64,000 bases of DNA from Hypanus sabinus (taxonomy: Eukaryota). The translations under genes were made by a program, and so were the position numbers. Location: assembly GCF_030144855.1 (NCBI RefSeq), contig NC_082736.1, positions 16,740,001 through 16,804,000 on the forward strand, given 5' to 3'. Shown in pieces: positions 39,601 through 52,600 of the stretch; position 1 is the stretch's first letter, and each line of letters starts with the position of its first letter. The notes beneath the pieces were generated by a model. The model ran no database searches. It saw only the letters and a list, made by a program, of their open reading frames with translations, and was not told the DNA's origin.

Positions 39601-41264
39601 CTGTAACAACACTTGTCTATTTCTGCAGCAATAAAAGTCAATGCAGTATTCACTTTCTGGAAGTTGTTCATGTCTGATCTAATGAACCTCTCACTAAATC
39701 CACATCTGTTTTGTTGTGTAGGACACCTGCACTATCTCAATTTCCCACTTACAACTTCTCTGCACAATAATACTGTGAGCGGCTTCCTTTGGTCAGGGTA
39801 GACCATGGATTTTGTGTCCTAGCTGTTTAGATACACAAGCCTGGGCAGTATAATATGGAGAGCAAATTGTTGCCAATATAGCGAGCTCTCCCTTTCTATG
39901 CATTGGTGAACCCAAAGGAATGGCAGAGACAGATACAGTTTGGCACCAGCAGCATCACTGGAGTTGCCAGTCAATGTTGAACTGAATGTAGGACTGCCTG
40001 AGGAACTCCAGCTCCAGATTTTTTTCCTTGGGGTTTTACTCCGAAAGTCTTCCCCATGAGTGAGTACAGCCATAATTCAGCCGAGATTTGAGAGTTTTGC
40101 TTCTAGATAAGCTGCCAACCACACGAAAGAAACCCCATCTGCCCACAGAGACTGGTTTTAAGAAAACTGGTAGAAATGGTTCTGCTGAGTTTATTAGCTG
40201 AGGCACATGTCAAGCCCTGGAGCTGGAATTGGTTGGCAGAGGCTATTTGGGGTGAACATCATTGGGAGTTTTTAATATGTAGTGGGAATTGGTCCAATTA
40301 CCACCTCTGTCTGTAACAACCTGAAGGAACATAAATTATAGTTTAATTACACATATCTGCTCACACCATCACATGTTCCCACATTAAACTCCATTCATCA
40401 AGTATTCTACACAGCCAGCTTCTCCCTATCCTCTTCAGGAGAACTCCCACCTCACACCTTTCTTTAGGTCGGCAGATCACTAAAATATGTCAATTTCATT
40501 TGATCACATGAATCTTTACTAAGTAACTTGTTATTTCTGCATTCATCACAGACTCCTGCACCTCACCAACCATAGATGTGAAGTTAACAGGACCACAGTC
40601 ACTTGGTTTTGTCATCCGCCCTATTTCAACAATGGATTTCCACTCCACTGAGACCTTCCTGGCACACTGAGTTTTACTAAGTTCTATCACCTCCTGCTTT
40701 ACAGCCACTCTCTGTGAAACCCTTGAGTGCAGGTCATTGGGACCTAGTAATGTTTGCTTTTAGTCCCATTAGATTTTCCTTCCTGATGCCGATTGTTACA
40801 TATTATTACACAGTGTTGAAAAGTCACAATTAGATATCTGTGGGATGCTTGCTGTGTCCCCACTGTGAACACCAATGCAAATTATTGAGTCAACTTATCT
40901 GATTTTTCCTTGTTAGTTTTAGTTTTTGGCTCTCATCACTGGTTCCTGAAAAAAATCACAGTCCTCTAGTCTACCAGCAGCCATTGCCTCTTCATCTATT
41001 CTTCGATTTTGTGTTTTCCTCTACTGTACCCAGTTGATTAGTTTAATCAATAAATGGTCTGAGGCAAACATGGACAAGATGCTGGAGGAACTCAGCAGAA
41101 ACCTGACATTTTGGGGTGAGAACCTTCACCAGGACTAAAAATAAAGGGCAGAAGCCAGTGGGAGGGGTGTGGATTACAAGGCAGGTGAGACCAGGTGAAG
41201 GGCAAGGTGTTTTGTTGGGGGGAGGGGTGGTGATGTGAGATGCTAGAAGAAGATTGGTGTAAGA

Positions 41265-44200
41265 CCATAAGACTTTGGGGCAGAATTAGGCCATTCAGCC
41301 CAGCGACTCTGCCATTTCATTATGGCTGATCCCAGATACCATTCAACCCCTTCTCGCCATTACCTTTGATGCACTGACCAATCAGGAAACTTTCAACCTC
41401 CGCTTTAAATATACCCACAGACTTGGCCTCCACCAGAGTCTGTGGCAGAGCATTCCACATAATCACTACTCTTTGGCTAAAGAGAAATCCTCTTTACCTC
41501 CTATTTGAAAGGTTACCCCTCAATTTTGAGGCTGCGCCCTTTGGACCTGGCTATCCCCATGATAGGAAGGAGCCTCCCCACATCCACCTTATCCAGTCCT
41601 TTCAATATTCAGTAGGTTGCAATGTCATTCCCCCCACCACCCCACATTCTTCTGAGTTCCAGTGAGTACAGGCCTAAAGCTGCCAAATGCTCTTCCTGTG
41701 TTAGCCTTCATTCCCGGAGCCATCCTCTGGAATCTCTCCAGTGCCAATGCATCCTTTCAGAGATACGGGGTCCAAAGTTGTTGACAGTACTCCAAATGTG
41801 GCCTCACTAGTGTCTTTTAAAGCCTCAGCATTATCTCCTTGCTTTTATGTTCTATTCCCTTTGAAATAAATGCCAACATTGCATTTGCCTTCTTTACCGC
41901 AGACACAACCTGTAAGTTATCATTCTGGAGGTTTCACGAGGATCCTATGTCCCTTTGTATCTCTGAAGTTTGAACTTTCTACCCCATTTAGATGAGTCTG
42001 CACTGTCGTTCCTTTAACCAAAGTGCATTATCAGACATTACCCAGCACTGTATTCCATCTGCCATTTTCTTGGCCATTCTTCTGATTTATCTAATTCCTG
42101 CTGCAATTACATTGCTTCTGCAGCACAACCATCTATCTTTGTATCATTCACAAGCTTAGCCACAAAACCATCAATTCCACTGTAAATCATTGACAAACAG
42201 TGTGGAAAGTAGTGGTCCCAATACTGACCACAGAAGAACACCACTGCACTGACCACCAACCAGCAATGGCCTCCTTTATTCCTACACACTGCCTCCTGCC
42301 TGTCAGCTATCCCTCTATCTCTGCTAGTATCTTCCCTGTAATGACATAGGATTTTGTTTTGTTATGCAGTGTCATGTGTGGCACCTTATCAAATGCCTTC
42401 TGAAAATCCAAGCAAATAACATCCACTGCCTCTCTTTTGTCCATCCAGCGTTGTTGTTTACTTGAATTCTAAAAGAATTCCCAGGCATGTTTTTCCCTGG
42501 ACAGAAACCATGCTGACTTTTACTTGCTTTATCATTAGTGTAAGGATCGCAATAACTCATGCTTACACTTTCCCAACCACTGAGGTAAGGCTAACTGATC
42601 TATAATTTCCTCTCTTTTCCCTTCCTCCCTTCGTGAAGAGTGGAATGACATTTGGAATTTTTCAGTTCTCTGGAACTATGCCAGAATCAGGTGATTCTTG
42701 AAAGATCATGACTAATGCATCCTTTATCTCTTCAGCATCTTTTCTTGGGACTCTCAGTCCATCTGGTCCAGGTGACTTATCCACCTTAAGACCTTTGAGT
42801 TTGCATGGCACTATTTCCTTTGCAATAGCAATGGCACTCAGTCCTGCTCCCTGACACTCATGGACCTCTGGCATAGTGCTAGTGTCTTCCCACAGTGAAG
42901 GCTGGTATAAAATACTCATTAAGTTCATCTGCCATTTATTTGTCCTCCATCACTCCCATATCAGCATGTTTCCTGTGGTCCAATATCAACTCTCACCTCC
43001 CTTTTACTCTTTACATTACTGAATAAAATCTTTTAATATCCTGCTTTATAGTTTTGGCTTGTTTACTCTCATTTTCTTTTCCCTTCTTCAGCTTTTTTTG
43101 TTGCCTTTTGTTGGATTTTGAAAGCTTTCCAATCATTGAACATCCGCCGGTATTCTCCTCTAATCCACCTGCGCAAGCTCCTCTTTCACACCCTTTATTC
43201 CATTGCGAAACTGATGCATCTGACTTGTGCTTCTCCCTCTCAAATTACAGTATGAATTCAATTATATTATGAATACAGACTCCTAAGGGCTCCTGTACAT
43301 TAAGCTCCCTAATAACATCTGGGTTATTTTAGAGCACACAATCTATGATAGATTTTCCCCTAGTAGACTCAAGTACAGGATGCTCTGAAAATCCATCATG
43401 TAGTCATTTAATAAATTCCTTCTCTTGAGGAATGACACCAGCCTGATTTTTCCCAATCCAATTGCAATCTGGTCCCCTATTTAAATTGAGACATGCCTTT
43501 GTTCCAGTTTCCTTTACATTCTCAAATCCACACCTTGGCTACTATTTAATGGCCTATATATGATTCCCACAATGATCTTTTCACCTTACAGTTTCTTAAC
43601 TCCTTCCACAAATATTCAACATCCTCTGACCTTGTCACCTCTTTCTACAGATGTAATTCCATCTGTTATCAACAGAGCCACACCACCGCCTAGGCCATCC
43701 AACCTGCTCTCTCCATACGAAGTATATTCATTGATGTTCAGCTCCCAACTATGGCCTTCTTTCAACCATGACTCAGTGATGCCCACAACATCATACTGAC
43801 CAACCTCAAATTTTGCCACAAGTATGTCCTACCTTTTCCCAAATACTCTGCATTTTTAAATACAGTACCTTCAGTCCTGTATTCTTCACTTGAAATTTGC
43901 CTCTGTTCTACAATTCAACTGTTTACTCTGTCTGCATTTGTACCAAATCAATAGCTTGTCCTTCCTTACTTTACTGTTATACCCATCAACTACTTGTAAA
44001 CTTGCTCCCTCATCCTCAGCCCTGTCATACGTCGGGAAATCACTAGGGGCTTTCCACAGTTTGCTATCCTCCACTCATCCAGGACCTCACCTGTCGCTAA
44101 GGATGATTTAAAAATCTCTGCCAGGGCCCCTGCAATTTCAGCACTTGCTAACTGCATAGTCTGCGGGAACACCTTATCAGGCCCCGGGGATCTGTCCACC

Positions 44201-44930
44201 TTAGTTTGCCCCAAGACAGCAACACCTCTTCCTATGGAAGCTGGCTGGGGTCCATGACCTCATTGTTGCTTTGCCTCACTTCTACAGACTCTGAGTCTGT
44301 TTCCCATGTAAATACAGGTGCAAAAATATCCTTTTAAGATCTCCCCCATGTCTTTTTGCTCAATGCATAGCTTGCCATTCTGATATTCAGAAGACCAATT
44401 ATGTCCCTTGCCATCCTTTTAGACAATAGACAATAGGTGCAGAAGTAGACCAGTTGGCCCCTCGAGTCTGCACCGCCATTCTGAGATCATGGCTGATCAT
44501 TCACTATCAATACCCAGTCCCTGCCTTGTCCCCATATCCCTTGATTCCCTTATCCATCAGATATCTATCTAGCTCTTTCTTGAAAGCATCCAGAGAATTG
44601 GCCTCCACTGTCTTCCGAGGTAGTGCATTCCACACCTGCACAACTCTCTGGGAGAAGAAGCTCTTCCTCAACTCTGTTTTAAATAACTGACCTCTTATTC
44701 TCAATATTTTGCTCTCAAGATATCTGTAGAATCCCTTATGATTCTCCTTCACCTTGTCTTCTACGGCAACCTCACGCCTTCTTTTAGTCCTGATTTCCTT
44801 CTTAAGAGTTCTCTTTCATTTCTTATACTCTGTTAGCACCTCATTTGTTCCTACCTATGTAAACCTGCTGCAGACCTCTTTATCTTCCTAAACAGGACCC
44901 CAATATCCCTTGAAAACCAAGGTTCTTCAA
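41265..44930 (-). mobile_element. Old CR1 remnants (EN to 3'UTR) with a young CR1 3' insertion at 44421-44706
   Basis: VGITESWL (43616-43819), VDKSPGPDG (42662-42928), QHGF; the insert matches 30248-30530. Confidence 0.75.
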
Positions 44931-44934
44931 ACTT

Positions 44935-46060
44935 AACAAGAGAAAATCTACAGATGCTGGAAATCCAAGCAACCCACACAAAATGCTGGAGGAATTCAGC
45001 AGTTCAGGCAACATCTATGGAAAAAGTACAGTTGTTTTTGTCGGTACGCGACCCTTTGGCAGAACTGGAAAAAAGATGAGTAGATTTAAAAGGTGGGGGG
45101 GGGAGTGGTGAGAGAAGCACAAGGGGATAGGTGAAACTGTGAGTAGGATGGATGGTACAGAGCTGGGAAGTTGATTAGTGAAAGAGATACAGGGCTGGAG
45201 AAGTGGGTGTCTGATAGGAGAGGGCAGAAGGCCATAGAAGAAAGAAAAAGATGGAAGGAGCACCGGAGGGAAACAATGAAAATGGGAGGTGATTGATGAA
45301 GGAGGATGGGGGTACTATCAGAATTTTGAGAAATTGATGTTCATGCCATAAGATTGGAGGCTACCCAGGCAGAAAATAAGGTGTTGTTCCTCCAACCTGA
45401 GTATGGTCTCATCTTGGCAGTACAGGAGGCCATGGATTGACATATCGGAATGGGAATGGGAATTGGAATTAAAATGGGTGGCCACTGGGAAATCCCACAT
45501 CTGGCAGATGTAGCAAAACAGTCTCTCAATCTACGTTGGTTCTCACCTATGTATTGGAGACCTCACCAGACAGACTCAGGTGAAGTGCTGCCTCACCTGT
45601 AAGAGGCCATTTAGGGCCCTGAATGGCAGTGAGGGAGGAGGTGTAGGCGCAGGTGTAGCACTTGTTTCTCTTACAAGTACAAGTGCCAAGAGGGAGATCA
45701 GTGGGTAGGGACAAATGGTCAAGGGAGTCACATGGGGGACTGAGCAATCCCTGAGGAAAGTTGGGGGAAAGGAATGATGGGCTTGGTGGTGGGATCCTGT
45801 AGTAGATAGCCCAAGTTCTGGAGAATTATGTGCTGGATGCGGAGGCTGGAGGGGAGGTAGGTGAGGAGAAGAAGAGCCCTATCCCTGGTATGGTGGCGTG
45901 AGGATGGGGTAAGAGCAAACATGTGAGAAATGGAAGAGATGCTATTGAGGGCAGCGTTGATGAAGGAGGAAGGGAAGCCCCTTTCTTTGAAAAAGAAGGA
46001 CATCTCGTTTGTTCTGGAATGAAAAGTCTCATCCTGAGAGCAGATGCGGCAGAGGCAGAA
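44935..46060 (-). mobile_element. Penelope-like element 3' half (RT tail, GIY-YIG endonuclease, terminus)
   Basis: RICSQDETF..FFKERGFPSS; CKRNKCYTC; PVATHFNS..LEEQHLIFCLGSLQ..GMNINFS. Confidence 0.82.
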
Positions 46061-46169
46061 CCTGTCCAATTTAACTTTTATTCTGACAGAGAATCTGCAA
46101 GAGGGTCTCTGTAAATAATCTATATCCCACTGTGTTTTTTGATCAATTTTCAAACTGTGTGCAGCTTCA

Positions 46170-47660
46170 CCAGTCTTTGAGTCACCTGTAAGCTTGTAAA
46201 GCACCCATCTGCATTTTCACCCAGACATTGATATACATCACAAACAACATAATTTCCAGCATTAATCCTTGTGAAACACTACTAGACACGGATCACCAAC
46301 CAGAATAACAGTCTTCGAACTCTACTCTGCCTTCTAAATCAAAATTTCAGTTCACCTTGGATCCCATAAATCTTTATCTTCAGAATCTGCTGAGCATGAT
46401 GGTCCTTTTCAATTACCTTACCAAGGTCCATAAGTCTTGCCCTCATCAAGCAGTGATATTACCACCTCAGAAATGCCTGCACAGAGCCAGGTTAACTGTA
46501 GGCCATGGTCGTGAAATATGCATAAAACCTGTTACTCAGTATCCTCCCCAGTAGCTTCCCTACCACTGACGTGAGGCTCCCTTTTCTATACTTTCATGGA
46601 TTCTCACTATTTCCCTTCTTGACGAAGGCACAGAATTTGCTACACCTCGTCCTGTGGGACCTCACATGTAACTAGTGATGCCACAAAGTTCCTTGTCAAA
46701 TCCTCAACAATATCCTCACTTGTTTTTTTCACTATTGTAGGATATAAGTCATCAGGTCTGGAGTGTTATCCACCATAATGCTTTTCAGAAGACCTCCTCC
46801 TTAACCTCAGCATGTTTCTCACGTTCCCATGCCCCACTCTGTTTTAACTCATTTCGTAGCTCAGCCACTTGCTCTGACTCCAACCACAACATTCCTCCTT
46901 GCACCTTGAGTGGACCTTTTCAATATCTTGTTATTCTCATTTTCTTAATATAAATCAAAAAGTTCCTGAAATTATCTTTGGCATTGCTCACTAAGGGCAT
47001 TTTGTGGCCCCTTTACGGCCTTTCCTATCACCTGCTTCAGCATTTCCCTGCTGTCTTTAAATTCTACAAGGGCTTGGTCTGATGTTAACTTTGTAAAACT
47101 TCCTGACTAAATTTGTGATCTCTCAGCTCATCCAAAAGTTAGCTTACCATCCTTGTCCTTAACCTCACCGGAACATGCTGATCCTGAACTCAGATCTGCT
47201 GGTCTTCATACATCTCTCACATGTCAGACGTGGGCTTGTCAGACAATGGCTGCTCCCGATCAATGCCCCTTGGCTTCTGTCTTGGTGCAATCTAACTTAC
47301 CCTCTTCTAAGATAATACCTCCATACAAGATCTGATCTCATTTTCACTCATAACTAGCTAAAAAATTAACATGTGATCACTGTTCCCAAAATGTTCACTG
47401 ACTTCTGTTTTGGCTCTGTACATAATGTTTCAAACACTCCTCGGATTCACTGAACAAATCTTCCGCATTTAAGTATTGAGTAAGATCCAAACAATTCTAG
47501 GGAAGAAAATGGCCCCCACTGTGACAACCCTGTTGTTCTGCACCTTTCCATGAGCACAAACATATCCATGCCTCTGCCCCTGGTGGTTATTGGGGGGCCA
47601 ATATCATAATCCCATCAGTGTAACTGCAAATTACCTCTTTAAATGAACCCTCCAGTTTGC
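46170..47660 (-). mobile_element. Old CR1 remnant, paralog of 15135-16440
   Basis: Co-linear shared blocks, e.g. AGTATCCTCCCCAGTAGCT and CTCTGTACATAATGTTTCAAACACTC. Confidence 0.7.
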
Positions 47661-48269
47661 TGTGACACTCCCAGTGGGGTAACCTCTGCATCTTTTAACC
47701 CCCCTCCCACCCGCACTCACGTGTAAAACAATGAAACCCAGGTATGTTGAGCTGCCAGCCCTGTCCGTCCAACAACATAATGTTGAAATAATCTCATTTC
47801 AGCGTATCAGTCCCACCATGTTTATTAGCCTGCCCTTTGGTCTGTTACTTCTCAAGCGGTCTTGTCATATATTCTTTCTCAACCCTCCCACCTGCTGTGG
47901 TTCCCATTCCCCTGCGACTCTCGTCCAAACTTTGCCATGACCCTTGTACCAGAATCCCCAACCACCTCACACCAGCTCCTCAGCTACCCTTTTATGTGAC
48001 AGTTTTTATTATTTTACCTGCGACCCAGAAGAACAATTGTTCTAATGAATTAACCCTCTCATCACTGGACACTCACCCACCAGCTGCTGTGTGTGAGGGA
48101 GCTCGCACTAGTCATGGGGCCAGGGAGGGACACATCGAGCTCCTCGGGGATTTGTGGAATGGAAAAGCACTTCCTATAATTTAAAGCAGCAAATTCCTAG
48201 AAATACTTCAGTGGTGCGTGAGGGAGTTTTGTTTTCTCTCTCTGGAGTGTTGTGTGTCGGATAAATAGG

Positions 48270-48915
48270 ACGTACAAAGCAGCTGCGCAGGTTGACTCTG
48301 TGGTTAAGAAGGCGTACGGTGTATTGGCCTTCATCAAACATGGAATTGAATTTAGGGGCCGAGAGATAATGTTGCAGCTGAATAGGACCCTGGTAAGACG
48401 CCACTTGGAGTACTGTGTTCAGTTCCGGTCGCCTCACTACAGGAAGGATGTGGAAGCCATAGAAAGGGTGCAGAGGAGATTTACAAGGCTGTTGCCTGGA
48501 TTGGGGAGCATGCCTTATAAGAATAAGTTGAGTGAACTCTGCCTTTTCTCCTTGGAGCGATGGAGGATGAGAGGTGACGTGATAGAGGTGTATAAGATGA
48601 TGAGAGGTATTGATCATGTGGATACTCAGAGGCTTTTTCCCAGGGCTGAAATGGTTTCCACAAGAGGACACAGGTTTAAGGTGCTGAGGAGACATCAGGG
48701 GTAAGTTTTTTACTCAGTGGTGAGTGCGTGGAATGGGCTGCCGGCAATGATGGTGGAGGGGGATGGGTTCTTTTAAGAGACCTTTAGACAGGTATATGGA
48801 GCTTAGTAATATAGAGGGCTATGGGTAAGCCTAGTAATTCCTAAGGTAGGGACATGTTCGGCACAACTTTGTGGATGGAAGGGCCTGTATTGTGAGGTAG
48901 GTTTTCTATGTTTCC
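48270..48915 (+). mobile_element. CR1 3' fragment inserted in an H4-upstream block
   Basis: ORF 48252-48704 (VVKKAYGVLAFI..HLEYCVQF); 3'UTR ending TTTCTATGTTTC. Confidence 0.85.
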
Positions 48916-48924
48916 ATCTTTCCA

Positions 48925-49127
48925 AAAACACTTCCTATAATTTAGAAGCAGGAGAATCCCCAGAATCATTCACGTGGTATGTCAGAGAGAGTTTGTCCGG
49001 AGCGCTGTGTTGCGGAGAAACCATTGGAAATTGCCGGGTGTGGTAACGTGAAGGCCGAGCTAAACGATGAGAGGCCGCTCTTGGCTCTGTCCATCAGTCT
49101 GACACTGTCTCCTCCCCTCCCCGCCTC
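48925..49127 (+). promoter_or_regulatory. Truncated orphan copy of the H4 upstream promoter region (no TATA, no CDS)
   Basis: Matches 17285-17512 up to CTCCCCTCCCCGCCTC, then breaks off. Confidence 0.8.
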
Positions 49128-49601
49128 ACCGGTCACTAACATCAGATCGCAAAACAACCCTCTGCCAACACTCTGTCTCTGAGTGCAAAGCCAATTCTGT
49201 ATACAGCTTACAAAATGGACTGACTGAGGCCCATATGAACCACATCACTAAACCTTGTCTGCTGACCTGGGTGAGGGTGTTTAGGACCAATGAACTGGTC
49301 TGTGTCTGCAGGGATGACCACTTTGACCACATAGTTATACACGATAATGAGAGGCACTGATCGTGTGGATAGTCAGAGGCTTTTCCCCAGGGCCAAAATG
49401 GCTAGCACGAGAGGGCATAGTTTTAAGCTGCTTGGAAGTAGGTATAGAGGAGATGTCGGGTAAGTTTTTTTTTACGCAGAGAGTGGTGACTGTGTGGATT
49501 GGGCTGCCAGCGGTGATGGTGGAGGCGGGAACGATAGGGTATTTTAAGAGACTCCTGGATGGCTACATTGAGCTTAGAAAAATAGAGGGCTATGTATACA
49601 G

Positions 49602-52600
49602 TGTTAGGTACCCCGTAACTGGGTCACTTACCAGCAAAGATAGAGAGGTCCGTTGAAGTCTGATGGTACTATTTTTAACAGTATTTATTGATAAAAATAC
49701 ACAAAAATAATATCAATGCAAACATACAGATAATAAACGTCGTCAATACTAAATCTAAAAGCGCGGGTATAATAATAATAAGAAATAGCTCTATCGTTGT
49801 CTAGGGGATAATGTATTGTGCGATGGAAATATAAAAGTCACTGAAGTTCATTCAAGCTGCAGCTTTTAGTTGGAAAGAGAGACGGATTAAAACTTGCCCA
49901 TTCCTTTTATGATGTCGATCCTTCGAGAGTCGTTGGGGCTGATTTCTCCTTTGTTGTTAGCTAAAGCCGTTCTTCTGTGGGAAGGCCCACAAATTCCGAG
50001 GCAAATGGAAAAGGACGCACGTGGCTTTCCACCGGCTTTCGCTATTACGCTGTTACAGGATTTCTAGCGTTTCTTCTGGTACGTCTGAGGGGCTGTTCCC
50101 TCAGACCCTCTTTTATCCCCACTCACGGGGTCTCAGATGTCAATCAGGGTGGAGGGATGCCTCCCCTGAACCAGCCCACTTTTGGTCATTCTCTGAGGGC
50201 TTCGAATAAATAGCACCGTACTCAATACACAATTCCGTCTCCAAGAGACAATGGCCGTTTCCCGTAGCTTTGTATCGCCAAGGGGCCAAGACATTCCAAA
50301 CGTCTCTCTCTCATTTCCTGGGTCTCTTGATCTGCATTAATATCGATCTTGCGATTCTCAAAAAGGAGGGGTGCAGGCGTAACATCCCCTTTCTTCAACG
50401 AGTTTTTTTACCATCGGAAAAAAACGAAGTAATACAGTCTTACAGGATTTTAGAATCTGACACAATACTAAAGTTTTTTTTTCTACAGAGTAATACAGTT
50501 ATACATTCAATTCAGCATCTAAACAGTTACCGATTACATTGTGACTTCCTTTAATATCTTAACATCTTGTACCTTACTAAAGTCTTGTAGCATCTGACTT
50601 CAATTTAATAACCACCTATTTTTCTTTTAGTTCTTATTTTTCCTTAGCAAACAAAAAGTTGTGATCTTAGCTTACGGGTATACTACAAAAGTTCATGCAA
50701 ATACTAGTCTTTATGTAGCTTTCAAACTTAACAGGCAGGCTTTCATAGGGTTGTCTTTATTATTCACATGCTTTGTCGAAATCCCGTAAAACCAGCTTCT
50801 GCTATTTAAAAATGGCGTCCCCATTAACCCTCGCCTCTTTTCCGGTTAATTCCCATGTGGGGAGCTTGTGCACCCTGGCGAAATAGGCTTTCGCCCACTC
50901 CTTCCATAGGAGTTATTTTATCAACAATGTGTTCCAAACTTAGACCATTTCCCGAATTTCCACCCAATTCTTTCATTTTATGCAAGTTGCTAGTTTTCTC
51001 TTCGGGACCCTTGAGGCTATTAGTATTCAGTTTAAAGTCTGTTCAAACAGCATTTCAAATTCTGCCTTTTCACACCACACTCTTTAATAACAATAGCGTG
51101 TGGGGCCCCGTTACCTTCCAACTCAACCTGTAATTGATTCACAGGCCTTGTTGTACCACGCCATTGTCTCTGTAGCCTGGTTACTGCTTTTGATATCAGT
51201 CCAGCCATCAATTTTCTTCATTCAATTTGGGAGCTACATATTTCCCTTTTCCTTCAATAATAATATTCATCTCCCCACCTTTGATCTCCTCACTAACTTT
51301 TAACACACCTTCGAACATAAACACCTGGGAACTCTCACTTCCCACTATTAACCCTTTCTTCACTGAACCAAGTCTATCTGACCCACAAGGACTGCATTCC
51401 TTTTCAACTGAATCAAATACCTCAGACTTCTTCTGAGCTCCATTACTAGGTTCAGTACCACGTGCATCCACATCTTGGATACACTCAAATGGGACATTCG
51501 CCTCTTCCAGGCTTTCAATACCCGTACCCGGTCCAAATTCTAAATTCCCCTGATTCTCCCAGCTTCTCTCTGGGCAACTCCCTTCCGGAGTAAACTCAAA
51601 CCCGCGGGCTGAAACAACCTCATCTGCCAACCCAGCAGACTTCTTCAAGGTAAGAGCACCTTTTTCATCTAGAACTGCCCTCATTTCATTATCGGGAACA
51701 CCTTTAGAATTGTCCACTTCTTCAAACAGTTCTGCCAAACCAGACAGATCATCCATGACCAACCCTGGACCTTTTAACAGCTTTATCTGTTTCTCATCTT
51801 TACTTTGTGCCTCTCGAACTTTTCTCCTCGCTAAGGGCAGGTCTACCTCCTCTCCCTTACTCTCTTTCACTTTACTACTCTTAGTTTTACCACCCTCTAA
51901 ACCCTCGTGGTACAGGGTCGGTAAAAACGTCTCAGCCAAATCGATACTGGCCGGATTTAGAATGCGCTCATTCTCAGCTGCCTTTCTCAACATGCTGTGA
52001 GTGATCATTACCTTACCACCGGCTAATTCACTACACAGAAGGACGTCCGCGTTAGTTCTCGGGAATTCTGATCGCACCCCCATTTCAACTAGCTCACAGT
52101 TCATAATGATCCTATGCAAGGGCACCATTTCCATCCCTTTTCCTATTCCTTTCACAGCTACCATTCCCGTCTTGTGACCAAAATCTAGTACCTTACTGCT
52201 AATCAATGACAGTTCAGCGTCCGTGTCTCTCCAGATCCGCACGGGAACCAGTGGGTCTCCCTCTCTCACAGACATGGTTCCGTTTGACATACAAGTCTCA
52301 GACCCTTCTCGTACTCTGTCTACCCGGGGATCTCTCGTCGATTTACTGATTACCACGGCACATCCGATAGGGACCGCTGCTTTCTCTTTTCCTGTCTCCT
52401 TCCTCAGAGCAAATCACCTAGATGCAATATGTCCCCCCTTTCCACAATTAAAACAAGCCAAGCCCAGAAATCTCTGGCCGTCTTGACTCTCCCCCTCAAT
52501 CTTACCACTAGCTCCCGGCGGGACCTCTGCCTCAGCCGGCGGGCTTTCTCTATCATTCCCACGGTATCTCTGGGAATTGTTATTCGAGGAAAACTTTGTC

